DNA of 64,000 nucleotides from a virus. The stretch is from positions 4,253-68,252 of the IMG/VR virus record IMGVR_UViG_3300026518_000007; one strand, 5' to 3'. Both the position numbers and the translations under genes were made by a program. Positions 7,740-17,103 of this stretch are shown in pieces; the stretch's first letter is position 1, and the number at the start of each line of letters is the position of its first letter. Below the pieces are notes generated by a model. It did not search any database. It was not told the DNA's origin and was given only the letters and a program-made list of their open reading frames with translations.

Positions 7740-8961
7740 AATCTTTTAAACTTCTTAAAAATATATAATTAATATATATTAATGCTAATGTAGTTAATAC
7801 CCAGCTAGTTTTTTTACCAGTACATATTTTAGCTTCCGTAGCTAGGTAATCTTTTATATTAGTCATAGTCTCGTTTTTAACTTTACTAGATGAAAAATAA
7901 TATCTTATAAGTATAAGAGCTTTAGGTATATATTCTCTTTTCTCTATATTTATATCACTTCTTTGTAAATACTCGAATGATATAAGTATTATATCTTCAA
8001 CTACTTTTAATAATTTATCTGTATCTTTTATCTTATCAGGATTAGATATACATTTTAAGAATTTATATACGGTATCTTTTTCTATATTGTTAAATAATGA
8101 AGTTACAATATCAACTGTTTCTATATCTATAAAATCATTAGTTTGTAAAGCTATAGATTTTATATTATTAATATATCTACCAGCGCCTCCTGTTAATGAT
8201 TTCATTTGTGTTTCATTGTTTTCACCGCCAGTGAATGTAGATGATTCTTGTATGACAGCAGATGACTCTTCAGTTACTTTAGCTAGTACTCTATAGATAT
8301 ATTTTATCTGTCCTCTAAGTTTAGTTTGTATACCTGATAATATGCGTATACTATCTAAGGTATCTAATTTAACAAATCTTTTATACATAGGGTTTTTAGG
8401 ATTTAAACAATTATCTACTCTATGCATAAACGCTTCTTGCCAGCTATTAACTTGTTTAATTAAAAACTTATGAGATAAATTATTATAGACTGTGGTAGCT
8501 ATGCTTTCTGGTACTGTGAATTTAAAATTATTATAATAAAGAGAAGAGAACATTCTATATTGTATTAACAGGCAAATTTCTTTAATACCGGCATCTTTAT
8601 CGTCTCTAGTTAACGTTTTATCTATTTCATATAGATGTCCTAAATACGTCAATGTTTGATAGATTATATTACTAGCTATTTTAAAGTTCTTCTTAACTCC
8701 GGGAACGTTATAGATATCTTTTTGTAATATATCTCTATTAGTAACATTTAAAACATCTATCATTAGCATATCGTCATCTAGCGCAGAGAACACTATCTTA
8801 TGTACTCCTAATAGATTACTTCCTAAGAAATCTATATATTCATCGGACTTAGTAGACCAATTTAATCTAAACTCTTTTAATTGTCTAGTCATCGATTTAC
8901 TAGCTTTTAAATCAGGTACATTAGTTTTAAAAAACATTTTTATATCTTTATACTTACTCAT
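7738..8961 (-). CDS. conserved phiKZ-like virion structural protein (gp32-like)
   Basis: FLGSNLLGVHKIVF, KIASN, LSHKFLIKQVNSW match a remembered family pattern. Confidence 0.65.
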   Translation of the reverse strand: MSKYKDIKMFFKTNVPDLKASKSMTRQLKEFRLNWSTKSDEYIDFLGSNLLGVHKIVFSALDDDMLMIDVLNVTNRDILQKDIYNVPGVKKNFKIASNIIYQTLTYLGHLYEIDKTLTRDDKDAGIKEICLLIQYRMFSSLYYNNFKFTVPESIATTVYNNLSHKFLIKQVNSWQEAFMHRVDNCLNPKNPMYKRFVKLDTLDSIRILSGIQTKLRGQIKYIYRVLAKVTEESSAVIQESSTFTGGENNETQMKSLTGGAGRYINNIKSIALQTNDFIDIETVDIVTSLFNNIEKDTVYKFLKCISNPDKIKDTDKLLKVVEDIILISFEYLQRSDINIEKREYIPKALILIRYYFSSSKVKNETMTNIKDYLATEAKICTGKKTSWVLTTLALIYINYIFLRSLKD

Positions 8962-9058
8962 ACATATCCTTTTAAATATTAATTCAAAGAAAAAAGTTCA
9001 GTACCATAATTGATTGAAAATACGATTATTAATATAATAATCATTAAAGGATAACTAG

Positions 9059-10894
9059 ATGATACGAATGATAGATGGTAGGACTATTAGTGAAACTGAA
9101 TTAATAGATGATTTAAAAAAAGATAATATAATTAAGAATGAGCCTGATGCTGATTTATTCTCTTATTTAAGAAAATATTATACATCTTTTACACAACGTT
9201 CCATTATGGCTAATAGATTTAAAACTAAAGATAAATTAGACTTATACATTAATACTAAATTAAATACTATTATAAGTAATGAGTTTATAGAAGATAAATT
9301 ACCTTCTGTTAAAAAAGCCAGTGATGTACTTATAGATAATATAGTTAACAATAGGTTAATAGTAGTAGCTACTGATTATGATGTAGACGGAGTTACATCA
9401 GCAGTTATAGCTTATAAGATGTTCAAGAATTTATTTAAATATGATAATATAGATATCATAGTTAATAAAAGAGAGCATGGTAATGGTATTAATAACTATT
9501 TAACTAATGAACTTATAGAGTATAATAAGAAGATACCTATAGGTATGTTATATACTAGTGACCATGGAAGTCATGATAGGGTTAATTTAACTAGATTAAA
9601 AGAAGAAACTGGCATAGGAGTAGTAGTAACAGACCACCATATGTTCGATGATGAGGAAGCTCCTTTAAATATGGATGCATTCGTTAATCCTCAGATGTAT
9701 GATAATGAATTTACAGATATAACTGGAACACATGTTTCTTATTTAGTACTATTATACACATTAAGAAGATTAAAAGATGAACATCCTGAAGTAGAGATTA
9801 ATTATAATGTAGATTATTATTATTATTTATTAATATATGTAGGCATGACTACTATATCAGATTGTATGGATTTAAAATCTTATATAAATAGAAAAGTAGT
9901 TATAAAAGCATTAATAGATTTAAATAATGATACTATACAACACGATGTATTTTGGAAGCATATATTAAATAAGGTTGTTACATCATACGTGGTGGATGAA
10001 AGTACGTTAAGTTATAATGTTATACCTATGCTAAACACACCTGGTAGAATAGCTGACCCTAGATTATCATATGAACTTATGATATCAGAAGACCCTTTAA
10101 AAACTATAGATTTATATAACGATATAAAAGAGCTTAATGAAGAACGTAAAGATAAACAATCTATCGTAGTTAACTCTACTAAAAAAGAAGAGTATAGTAA
10201 TGATGTAGTTAAGGTCATGATGATAGAAGATAGTGAAGGTATACAAGGTATAGTAGCTAATAACGTTATGTATAATGAAGATTATAAAGTAGTTATATGT
10301 TTTACTAAGAAGAAGACTAAAGATGGTTTCATTTATATAGGTTCTGGTAGAGCGCAAGATGAAGAGATAAATATTAATAATATTTTAACTAGTATAGCAG
10401 AGTCATCCGATATCATCATACAACATGGTGGACATAAAAGTGCCATCGGCGCTAAAATAAAACCTGATTTAAAAAGATTCTATGATGCCTTAGTTAGTGA
10501 GATAAATAAGAAGAAAATATCTAAGATAGAGTATACTTATGTAGATGATTATATATACAGTATGAAGAAACTTATACTTAATATATTCGACATCATAGAG
10601 TTAGGACCTTATGGTATAGGATTTGAAAAACCATTATATGCTAGTGATTTTATTATAGTTAGTTACCGTATATTTAAAAAAGGTAATTATTATATATCTA
10701 TGAAAATAAAACTTAATAATAGCAGTAATAGTATTATAAGTGGTTTTAGTACTATTAAAGAAAAAGATTTAGATTATATAGAAGAAAACTTGTTGAAGAA
10801 TAAGAATGTCAGATTAGTATATTCTTTAAATGTTAATAGCTACAGAAACCTTAATAGTATACAGCTCAATATTGAGAAAATAATATTCATATAG
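9059..10894 (+). CDS. recJ: RecJ ssDNA 5'-3' exonuclease (DHH/DHHA1)
   Basis: TDYDVDG, SDHG, TDHH, TISD, NTPGR and HGGH motifs. Confidence 0.9.
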   Translation: MIRMIDGRTISETELIDDLKKDNIIKNEPDADLFSYLRKYYTSFTQRSIMANRFKTKDKLDLYINTKLNTIISNEFIEDKLPSVKKASDVLIDNIVNNRLIVVATDYDVDGVTSAVIAYKMFKNLFKYDNIDIIVNKREHGNGINNYLTNELIEYNKKIPIGMLYTSDHGSHDRVNLTRLKEETGIGVVVTDHHMFDDEEAPLNMDAFVNPQMYDNEFTDITGTHVSYLVLLYTLRRLKDEHPEVEINYNVDYYYYLLIYVGMTTISDCMDLKSYINRKVVIKALIDLNNDTIQHDVFWKHILNKVVTSYVVDESTLSYNVIPMLNTPGRIADPRLSYELMISEDPLKTIDLYNDIKELNEERKDKQSIVVNSTKKEEYSNDVVKVMMIEDSEGIQGIVANNVMYNEDYKVVICFTKKKTKDGFIYIGSGRAQDEEININNILTSIAESSDIIIQHGGHKSAIGAKIKPDLKRFYDALVSEINKKKISKIEYTYVDDYIYSMKKLILNIFDIIELGPYGIGFEKPLYASDFIIVSYRIFKKGNYYISMKIKLNNSSNSIISGFSTIKEKDLDYIEENLLKNKNVRLVYSLNVNSYRNLNSIQLNIEKIIFI

Positions 10895-10922
10895 TCTATA
10901 GAGCATTAGCTCTATAGACTAT
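10891..10922 (+). terminator. 14-bp hairpin (no U-tract)
   Basis: ATAGTCTATAGAGC-atta-GCTCTATAGACTAT. Confidence 0.55.
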
Positions 10923-10959
10923 GATAATTTGAATTAAATAATAAAAAAGGTATGAAGAA

Positions 10960-13050
10960 ATGAACATAAAAGCAGGATTAGAAACTATCTTCGAAGTTCA
11001 GAATGATGATAGTTTTATAACAGTTTTAAAAGAATTATATGTTAATTTAAAAAACATAACCATAGACTATAATGTAAATGGTGTAATTACTAAAGGCGAT
11101 TATGAAGAAGAGTTAAATACTATCATTAAGACATTTAAAGAAGACAGTACTGAAAGATTTGGTACGCCTATTATCTTAAGAAGTAGTAATACATTTGCAG
11201 TTATGCCTATCATGAATATGGATACTATGAAAAGTGGAATGGTTAGCTTTAAAAAAGATAGTAAGAAAGCCATGAAACAAATCAATGATTTTAAAAAATG
11301 GATTAGTAAGAATGAATTAGAGATAGATATAAAAAATATTAAAATAAATAATTTACCAGATGGTTTCTATTTTCCTTTATTTATAGATATTAAATCTATT
11401 TATACGACATTAGAAGAGGAGGAGTTTATAGCCATCATATTGCATGAGGTAGGCCATATCTTTACTCTATTAGAGATGTATAGTAAGACTACTGATACTA
11501 TAAGTAAATTAATAGATAGTTATTTAAAAGATTTTAGTTTAGATAAAACTATTACTAAGTTAAAGATAACTACTAATCCGTCTGATACTAAGTCAGATAC
11601 TATATATAAAATTTATGAAGCTATTTCTGACGATATGGGTATAACTGAAATAAATAATGGTAAAAGTAATGACTTTACCGATAGTGAATATGAAGCTGAT
11701 AACTTCGTAGCTTTATTTGGATATAGTGCTTATTTAACAACAGCTATTAACAAACTAACTGATATAGGAGCTTTAAAATATAGATACCTACCATTCTATC
11801 TTTTATTTGTTTTCTTATTAGATATATTAATAAGTTTAAGTTACCTATTTGTCATATTAGTCATAACAGGAACAGCCGCACAAGGTTTAGCTTTAATATT
11901 TATGATAGTTAACTTAGCCGCTATAGCTAAAATAGTTACTACTATGTATACAACTATAGAAGCACAAGGTAATAGAAACCCTACTGGTGATGAACATGGT
12001 GATGTTATGACAAGATATAAAAAAATAAGAATAGATATATTAAAAATAGTAAGAACACAACAGTTAGATAAGAAAGAATTAAATGCTTTAATTAAGCAAT
12101 TGGATATAGTAGATAAATCTATAACTGAAGTAGAGCAAACTCTTTTAAGTAGCTTGTTAGGTAGCTTAATATCACCTTTATTTAATATAAATATAAATAC
12201 TAGAGAACAGTTAGTTATGCTAATAGATAATTTAATCAATAATGAACAGCATCTCATGGCTAGTAAGTTTAAGAATGGATTAGAATATATGCGTGAGAAT
12301 GTCATAAATGTATCTAATACTAAATATTATACAGAAGTCGATATATGGAGTGATTATATTAAAAAATTGCTTATAGGCAATATTACAGCTTTAGAAAAAA
12401 TAAATAATAAAATAAATAAATATGGTTTAAGATTATTTTATAATAATACTAAACTAATGATAGAGAGTAACAGCATTGTTAATATTAAATCAGGTATATC
12501 GGGTTTTGGAGTATGGAAGATGAAAGGAAATACTACTGATGTTAAATCTGTTGTGAGTATTACCATAGATAGTGATAAAGTAGTATGGCAATTATTAAAT
12601 CCATATATTAAAGTATACGATATAGATTATATAGAAGTTAATAAAGTTAAAAATATGTATATAATGGAATTAGAATATCTATCTCCAGTATTAGATAAAA
12701 AACAAACTAAAGAGGTTTATGATATAGGTAAAGCTTTAGATAGTATTTATACGGATATAGGTATTAAGAATATAGATGATACTATATCTGCTTATTTTAA
12801 GTATTTTAAAGATAATAAAATAAAACTTAGTAAAGAAGTAGAAGAACAGTTTAATTTAATAAAAGAAGTTATTAATAAATTAGATTTTAAAGATAGAGCA
12901 TTAACATTAGATTTACATAAAGATAATTGGGGAATTAATGAGGATAAAAAGTTAGTTATGTTCGACCCTATATATGATAGAAACGGATTAGCGTTAGAAA
13001 CTAATAATAAGATAGATTTAAAACAATATAGCGATAACTTAAGCAAATAA
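10960..13050 (+). CDS. phiKZ-like head protein with HExxH, fused to a C-terminal protein-kinase-like domain
   Basis: LHEVGH, EYEADNF, TM block, then NGLE followed by SGISGFGVW, DLHKDNW and LVMFDP kinase-like motifs; paralog of 58367-59836. Confidence 0.7.
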   Translation: MNIKAGLETIFEVQNDDSFITVLKELYVNLKNITIDYNVNGVITKGDYEEELNTIIKTFKEDSTERFGTPIILRSSNTFAVMPIMNMDTMKSGMVSFKKDSKKAMKQINDFKKWISKNELEIDIKNIKINNLPDGFYFPLFIDIKSIYTTLEEEEFIAIILHEVGHIFTLLEMYSKTTDTISKLIDSYLKDFSLDKTITKLKITTNPSDTKSDTIYKIYEAISDDMGITEINNGKSNDFTDSEYEADNFVALFGYSAYLTTAINKLTDIGALKYRYLPFYLLFVFLLDILISLSYLFVILVITGTAAQGLALIFMIVNLAAIAKIVTTMYTTIEAQGNRNPTGDEHGDVMTRYKKIRIDILKIVRTQQLDKKELNALIKQLDIVDKSITEVEQTLLSSLLGSLISPLFNININTREQLVMLIDNLINNEQHLMASKFKNGLEYMRENVINVSNTKYYTEVDIWSDYIKKLLIGNITALEKINNKINKYGLRLFYNNTKLMIESNSIVNIKSGISGFGVWKMKGNTTDVKSVVSITIDSDKVVWQLLNPYIKVYDIDYIEVNKVKNMYIMELEYLSPVLDKKQTKEVYDIGKALDSIYTDIGIKNIDDTISAYFKYFKDNKIKLSKEVEEQFNLIKEVINKLDFKDRALTLDLHKDNWGINEDKKLVMFDPIYDRNGLALETNNKIDLKQYSDNLSK

Positions 13051-13055
13051 CATTC

Positions 13056-13103
13056 ATACACATTACCTGTGATGGGTAATGTGTATATGAATATTTTTTT
13101 TTT
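13056..13103 (+). terminator. hairpin terminator
   Basis: ATACACATTACC/GGTAATGTGTAT; T10 at 13094-13103. Confidence 0.75.
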
Positions 13104-13203
13104 ACTATGTGTGTTAATATTGAATTAAATATTGTCGAAGATGACCACAGTTAAATATAACATTATTGCATCAGTGTAGAAATATACTTGACCTAGTGTT
13201 GTT

Positions 13204-13408
13204 GCGCTCACTGCCATCTAGAGTACCTGTGAGGTGTATTCGTCCCATGACATAGCTTGTAGCTTATATCACTGGTCCTTGGAAAGGGACTGGTGATATA
13301 AGTAGTAGCGATACAAGTATCAATTCCAGCAGTTACTGGAACAGTGGGGGAAACGGGGGCAGGGTTTAAATACCTTATGGGTGGTGGTTGGGCGCTGGTG
13401 GTGAGCGT
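13204..13408 (+). ncRNA. candidate structured non-coding RNA, unknown class
   Basis: 49% GC island; 13-bp closing helix 13204-16/13396-408 with 3 G-U; 18-bp stem 13263-13302 capped by a GGAA tetraloop; no ORF. Confidence 0.55.
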
Positions 13409-13581
13409 TAAATATTAATGTTAAATATTAATGTTAATAATAGACAATAGTCTAATGTTATTATAGTGTTAAATATATATGATAATAAAATAATGATATA
13501 AGAGTGATAATAGATTACTATTAGACTATTGTTAATAATATATGATAGATAGATATAGACCAATATTAGACTATTGTTAAT
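13407..13581. repeat. AT-rich tandem and iteron-like repeats
   Basis: GTTAAATATTAAT x2 (13407-13432); TATTAGACTATTGTTAAT at 13519 and 13564; inverted 13-mer at 13444. Confidence 0.7.
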
Positions 13582-13750
13582 GGTAATAATAAAGAATGGA
13601 AAGTTATTAAGATAATAGTTTAACGTTATTTAATATTATATAGTTTAATATATACAAAGATATAATAGGTGTGAGATAATGATATATGTTATAGATAGTT
13701 TAGATGGTATATAGTGATACGGTATCTTAAGTTCTATAAGTATATAGTTA

Positions 13751-13765
13751 TATATTATTAAGATG
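13751..13765 (+). promoter_or_regulatory. early promoter motif upstream of phuZ
   Basis: TATATTATTAAGATG. Confidence 0.55.
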
Positions 13766-13847
13766 GGTACTTAGTATCTAAATTAAAAACAAAAGACTAT
13801 GATAGTACAATACGTAAGTACTATATGGTTAGTAAAGGATATAGAAG

Positions 13848-14876
13848 ATGAGTGATAGAAGTAATTTACATTTGATAGCATGCGGTGGTGCTGGTATAAA
13901 TATAGTTAGTGATATATATGGTAAGTTAAGTGGATTGGGTAAATCATACGCTAATGTTAGTGTTAGGAGTATAGATACTACCATTAAAACCATACAGGCG
14001 CATCCTATGTTAGGGGATACTTTTACTAGGATAGTGTCTTCTAAGTTATCTGGTAACGGGTTAGATGGTAGTGGTGGCGAAAGAGCTAACATGGACATCA
14101 TAGATGAGATACAGGGTTCTGTTAAAGAGTTCATGGATGTAGGGTTGTCTAATGAGAAGAACGATTATTACGTGATAGTTACTAGTGCTAGTGGTGGTTC
14201 TGGTAACCATATAGCTGCTGCATTATTAAAAAATATGTTGGCATTGGATTATAACGTTATAGTGGCTGCGGTTGGTGATGGTAGCAATGAGTTAACTCTT
14301 AATAATACTGTTAAAACATTAGCTACGTTTTATAAGGTGGCTGTAAAAGCTGGTGCTGCGTTGCCTGTTATATTTTATAATAATACATATAACGGTATGA
14401 CTACGTTAAGTACTGAACAAGGTGTTAATGATAAGATAGCTAAGATGTTAACCATCATATCAGCATTCATATCCGGTAGTGTGCAGAACATAGATAACCA
14501 GGACATGATAAACTTTTTTAAGCCTACCAACTATAGAACTTTTAAGATAGAACCAGGTATGTATAGTTTAGGTATCGCTAGAGGAGAGCTTAATGATGAG
14601 AATACGTTATTAGTAAGAACTCTTGTTAAAGAGGTAGCTGATGATGTTAAGATGTCTATAGTTCCTAGACATAACAAAACAGGTATAGTTAAAGGGGATA
14701 TGGCTGATGATTTTGATATCTATCCTATATATCTATTATATAGAAAACAGGTCATGAATGATGAGATGAGAAGACTTAAACAAGAGTTGGAGAGCATCAA
14801 ACGACAACATGAGACCGAGTCTAATGAGTTCGATGAGTTCGATGATATGGAAGATGATGATGGCATGGTATTGTAG
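13848..14876 (+). CDS. phuZ: PhuZ phage tubulin
   Basis: LIACGGAGINI, SASGGSG, IDNQD T7 loop; acidic C-tail DDDGMVL like the 201phi2-1 PhuZ tail. Confidence 0.95.
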   Translation: MSDRSNLHLIACGGAGINIVSDIYGKLSGLGKSYANVSVRSIDTTIKTIQAHPMLGDTFTRIVSSKLSGNGLDGSGGERANMDIIDEIQGSVKEFMDVGLSNEKNDYYVIVTSASGGSGNHIAAALLKNMLALDYNVIVAAVGDGSNELTLNNTVKTLATFYKVAVKAGAALPVIFYNNTYNGMTTLSTEQGVNDKIAKMLTIISAFISGSVQNIDNQDMINFFKPTNYRTFKIEPGMYSLGIARGELNDENTLLVRTLVKEVADDVKMSIVPRHNKTGIVKGDMADDFDIYPIYLLYRKQVMNDEMRRLKQELESIKRQHETESNEFDEFDDMEDDDGMVL

Positions 14877-14917
14877 GGTAAAACCTACAGTACCATACTG
14901 CATGAATTCTTTTTTTA
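14865..14917 (+). terminator. hairpin terminator
   Basis: ATGGTATTGTAGG/CCTACAGTACCAT (one U-G pair); T-tract from 14910. Confidence 0.7.
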
Positions 14918-14960
14918 ACATGGTGATTATACTGAATATACGGGGCTATAAGGATGAAAT

Positions 14961-15344
14961 ATGGATGAGAAAATGTATAAGTTAGCATTAAGTTTATCTA
15001 CAGTTATGGATGTTATAAAAACTTACTATATAGAAGATGTTATGTTAACTATATGGATATATAACATCATAGAGGATTTAGAACTACCTATAGATATATG
15101 TTTAAATAAATATATAAATATGGATGATAGAATAAACAACTCTATATATTATTCAAGCATATCTTTTTTATCTATGGTATATAAAAAGAATATTCCTGCA
15201 GCCGCTAGATTCAATAATAGAATATATCGTACATTATCAGATACGATTAATAATATTATTAATAAAGATAAGAAGGAAGTTATAACATTGGAAAATATAA
15301 TCATTAAGAAAACAGAATTACATTTAGTTATAAAGGCAGTATAA
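14961..15344 (+). CDS. hypothetical protein
   Basis: AAGGA RBS; operon with overlapping stop/start. Confidence 0.65.
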   Translation: MDEKMYKLALSLSTVMDVIKTYYIEDVMLTIWIYNIIEDLELPIDICLNKYINMDDRINNSIYYSSISFLSMVYKKNIPAAARFNNRIYRTLSDTINNIINKDKKEVITLENIIIKKTELHLVIKAV

Positions 15345-16201
15345 TGGGCATTACAATATTACCAGATGGGGAGTTATTAGATAAAACTGTTATAAATAAT
15401 AGTAGAGTACATTGTTTTAAAATAGACAATGGATTATTAGAGTTAAATGATATTTTTAATAGATATAAAAGTATGGTGGTACCAGGGCTATATTTAAATA
15501 ACTCGTTACACCCTTTCATACAGAGTAACACTATAATAGATAATACTAAAGGTAGATATGTTATATCAACAGTTAACGATTTCGTAAACTATATATTAGA
15601 AGATAACGAATATAAAGCAGATGAAATATTAATAACTAAGAATAACATCGGCATAATAAAAAAATATATATCTACTGTATCTAAGTCTAACTTATTGATA
15701 GTGGAGTTATTAAGATTTTTAGAGGCTGATTTAATGATTAATGAGAATGTAGAACATGAGTTGTTATTCAAAGATATTGCTAATATGAGTAATCATGTCT
15801 TATTAGAGAATCATTTATTTAAGGTGTATGATAATATAGTTAGTTATATATTCTATATATTTAACATAAATATTAATTTACCTGAACTTGATGATTTCTT
15901 AAATAAGGTAGAAGATGTATATAGTGAGTTACGTAAAACTATATTAAATAGCTTAACTAATAACTACCTATATAATTCAGTAAGTATAAAACTTACTAAT
16001 ATGAGTATAACAGTTACGGAATATGCTCCTCCATCTTCTAGACGTTATAATATCAATAAGGATATACTTAGCGATATAATGGACGAAGATGACGGAGTTA
16101 TAGACATAAATGAAGAAGTTATTAAAAGTTTAGGTGAATATGAAAAAGAAAATGCAAAAGATGAGGAAGATAGCTATGGAGGAACAAGCATATACTCTTA
16201 A
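15344..16201 (+). CDS. hypothetical protein
   Basis: TAATG coupling to the upstream gene; acidic C-terminus. Confidence 0.7.
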   Translation: MGITILPDGELLDKTVINNSRVHCFKIDNGLLELNDIFNRYKSMVVPGLYLNNSLHPFIQSNTIIDNTKGRYVISTVNDFVNYILEDNEYKADEILITKNNIGIIKKYISTVSKSNLLIVELLRFLEADLMINENVEHELLFKDIANMSNHVLLENHLFKVYDNIVSYIFYIFNININLPELDDFLNKVEDVYSELRKTILNSLTNNYLYNSVSIKLTNMSITVTEYAPPSSRRYNINKDILSDIMDEDDGVIDINEEVIKSLGEYEKENAKDEEDSYGGTSIYS

Positions 16202-16712
16202 TGATAGATTTATTAAGAGGAATATATTAAACCATAAAATAAAAGCAGAGTATTTAGTAACAGTAAACTATAGTATGCTGTATAAGGGTATGGGTAACTA
16301 TATAGATATCGATGAAGTTCCTGATGAGTATAGGGATGAAGTTATAAGTAATATAGAAGATACATTATCAGTAGCTATCATAAGAGCACTTTTAATATAT
16401 GGTATAGATAATGGTAGCGATGTTAACTATTTTAAATCTTATAAGAATTTCGTACTTAACTGGTTGGAGAGTGATTTAGGAGCTAAACGTATATTAACAT
16501 ATATTAAATTAGATAAGTTAAGTAATGATGCTTTTTTAACAGAAGTTATAACTGACGTAGTAGCTTCTATTTTAAAGACTATGTATGAGCATACTAAATC
16601 ACATATAGAGATATTGGATTTCTTTAATCTTTTAGAGAGTGATTACTTAGAGAATGAATTTGTTATGCATCGTATATATAAAAATAATATACTATCTATA
16701 TTAAAGTTTTAA
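16176..16712 (+). CDS. hypothetical protein
   Basis: Start moved to ATG 16176 behind GAGGA. Confidence 0.65.
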   Translation: MEEQAYTLNDRFIKRNILNHKIKAEYLVTVNYSMLYKGMGNYIDIDEVPDEYRDEVISNIEDTLSVAIIRALLIYGIDNGSDVNYFKSYKNFVLNWLESDLGAKRILTYIKLDKLSNDAFLTEVITDVVASILKTMYEHTKSHIEILDFFNLLESDYLENEFVMHRIYKNNILSILKF

Positions 16713-16714
16713 AC

Positions 16715-17044
16715 ATGGGTATAACTATTAATATAAATGTAACTGGTTATAGAACTTTTTTAAGAAAGGTATTATTAACAGAAGAGACAGAATGGTTCTT
16801 ATTAAAGAATTTCAAAACACCGGGCATATCGGAAACAATAGAATCTTATTATAAAGAGTTAGATAAAGTGAAACATGAGGCTGATTATGATTTAGGTAAA
16901 ATATTTTATATAACAACAGTTATACATAAGATGTTATTAAAGAAAGCTCCTAATAAGAACCAGCTATTAATAGGTATCAGGTGCGATGATATCTTCTTTA
17001 AAGATAACGGAACATTTTTAAGAGTTACATATACATATGAGTAG
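16715..17044 (+). CDS. hypothetical protein
   Basis: Last gene of the operon before a hairpin. Confidence 0.65.
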   Translation: MGITININVTGYRTFLRKVLLTEETEWFLLKNFKTPGISETIESYYKELDKVKHEADYDLGKIFYITTVIHKMLLKKAPNKNQLLIGIRCDDIFFKDNGTFLRVTYTYE

Positions 17045-17078
17045 GATTAAGTTCCTACTCATATGTATATATTTTTTT
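17029..17078 (+). terminator. 18-bp hairpin terminator
   Basis: Stem 17029-17046/17053-17070, loop TTAAGT, T-tract. Confidence 0.8.
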
Positions 17079-17103
17079 AATGAAATATAGGAGAGTAATA
17101 TAG

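Noticed and set aside
13204-13408. RNase P, SRP, tmRNA, tRNA or group I/II intron identity for the GC-rich element
   Set aside because: No GAGGAAAGUCC P4, no SRP helix-8 internal loops, no tRNA-like ends or T-loop, and it does not interrupt a gene. A G-quadruplex is possible but has a 14-nt loop and competes with pairing
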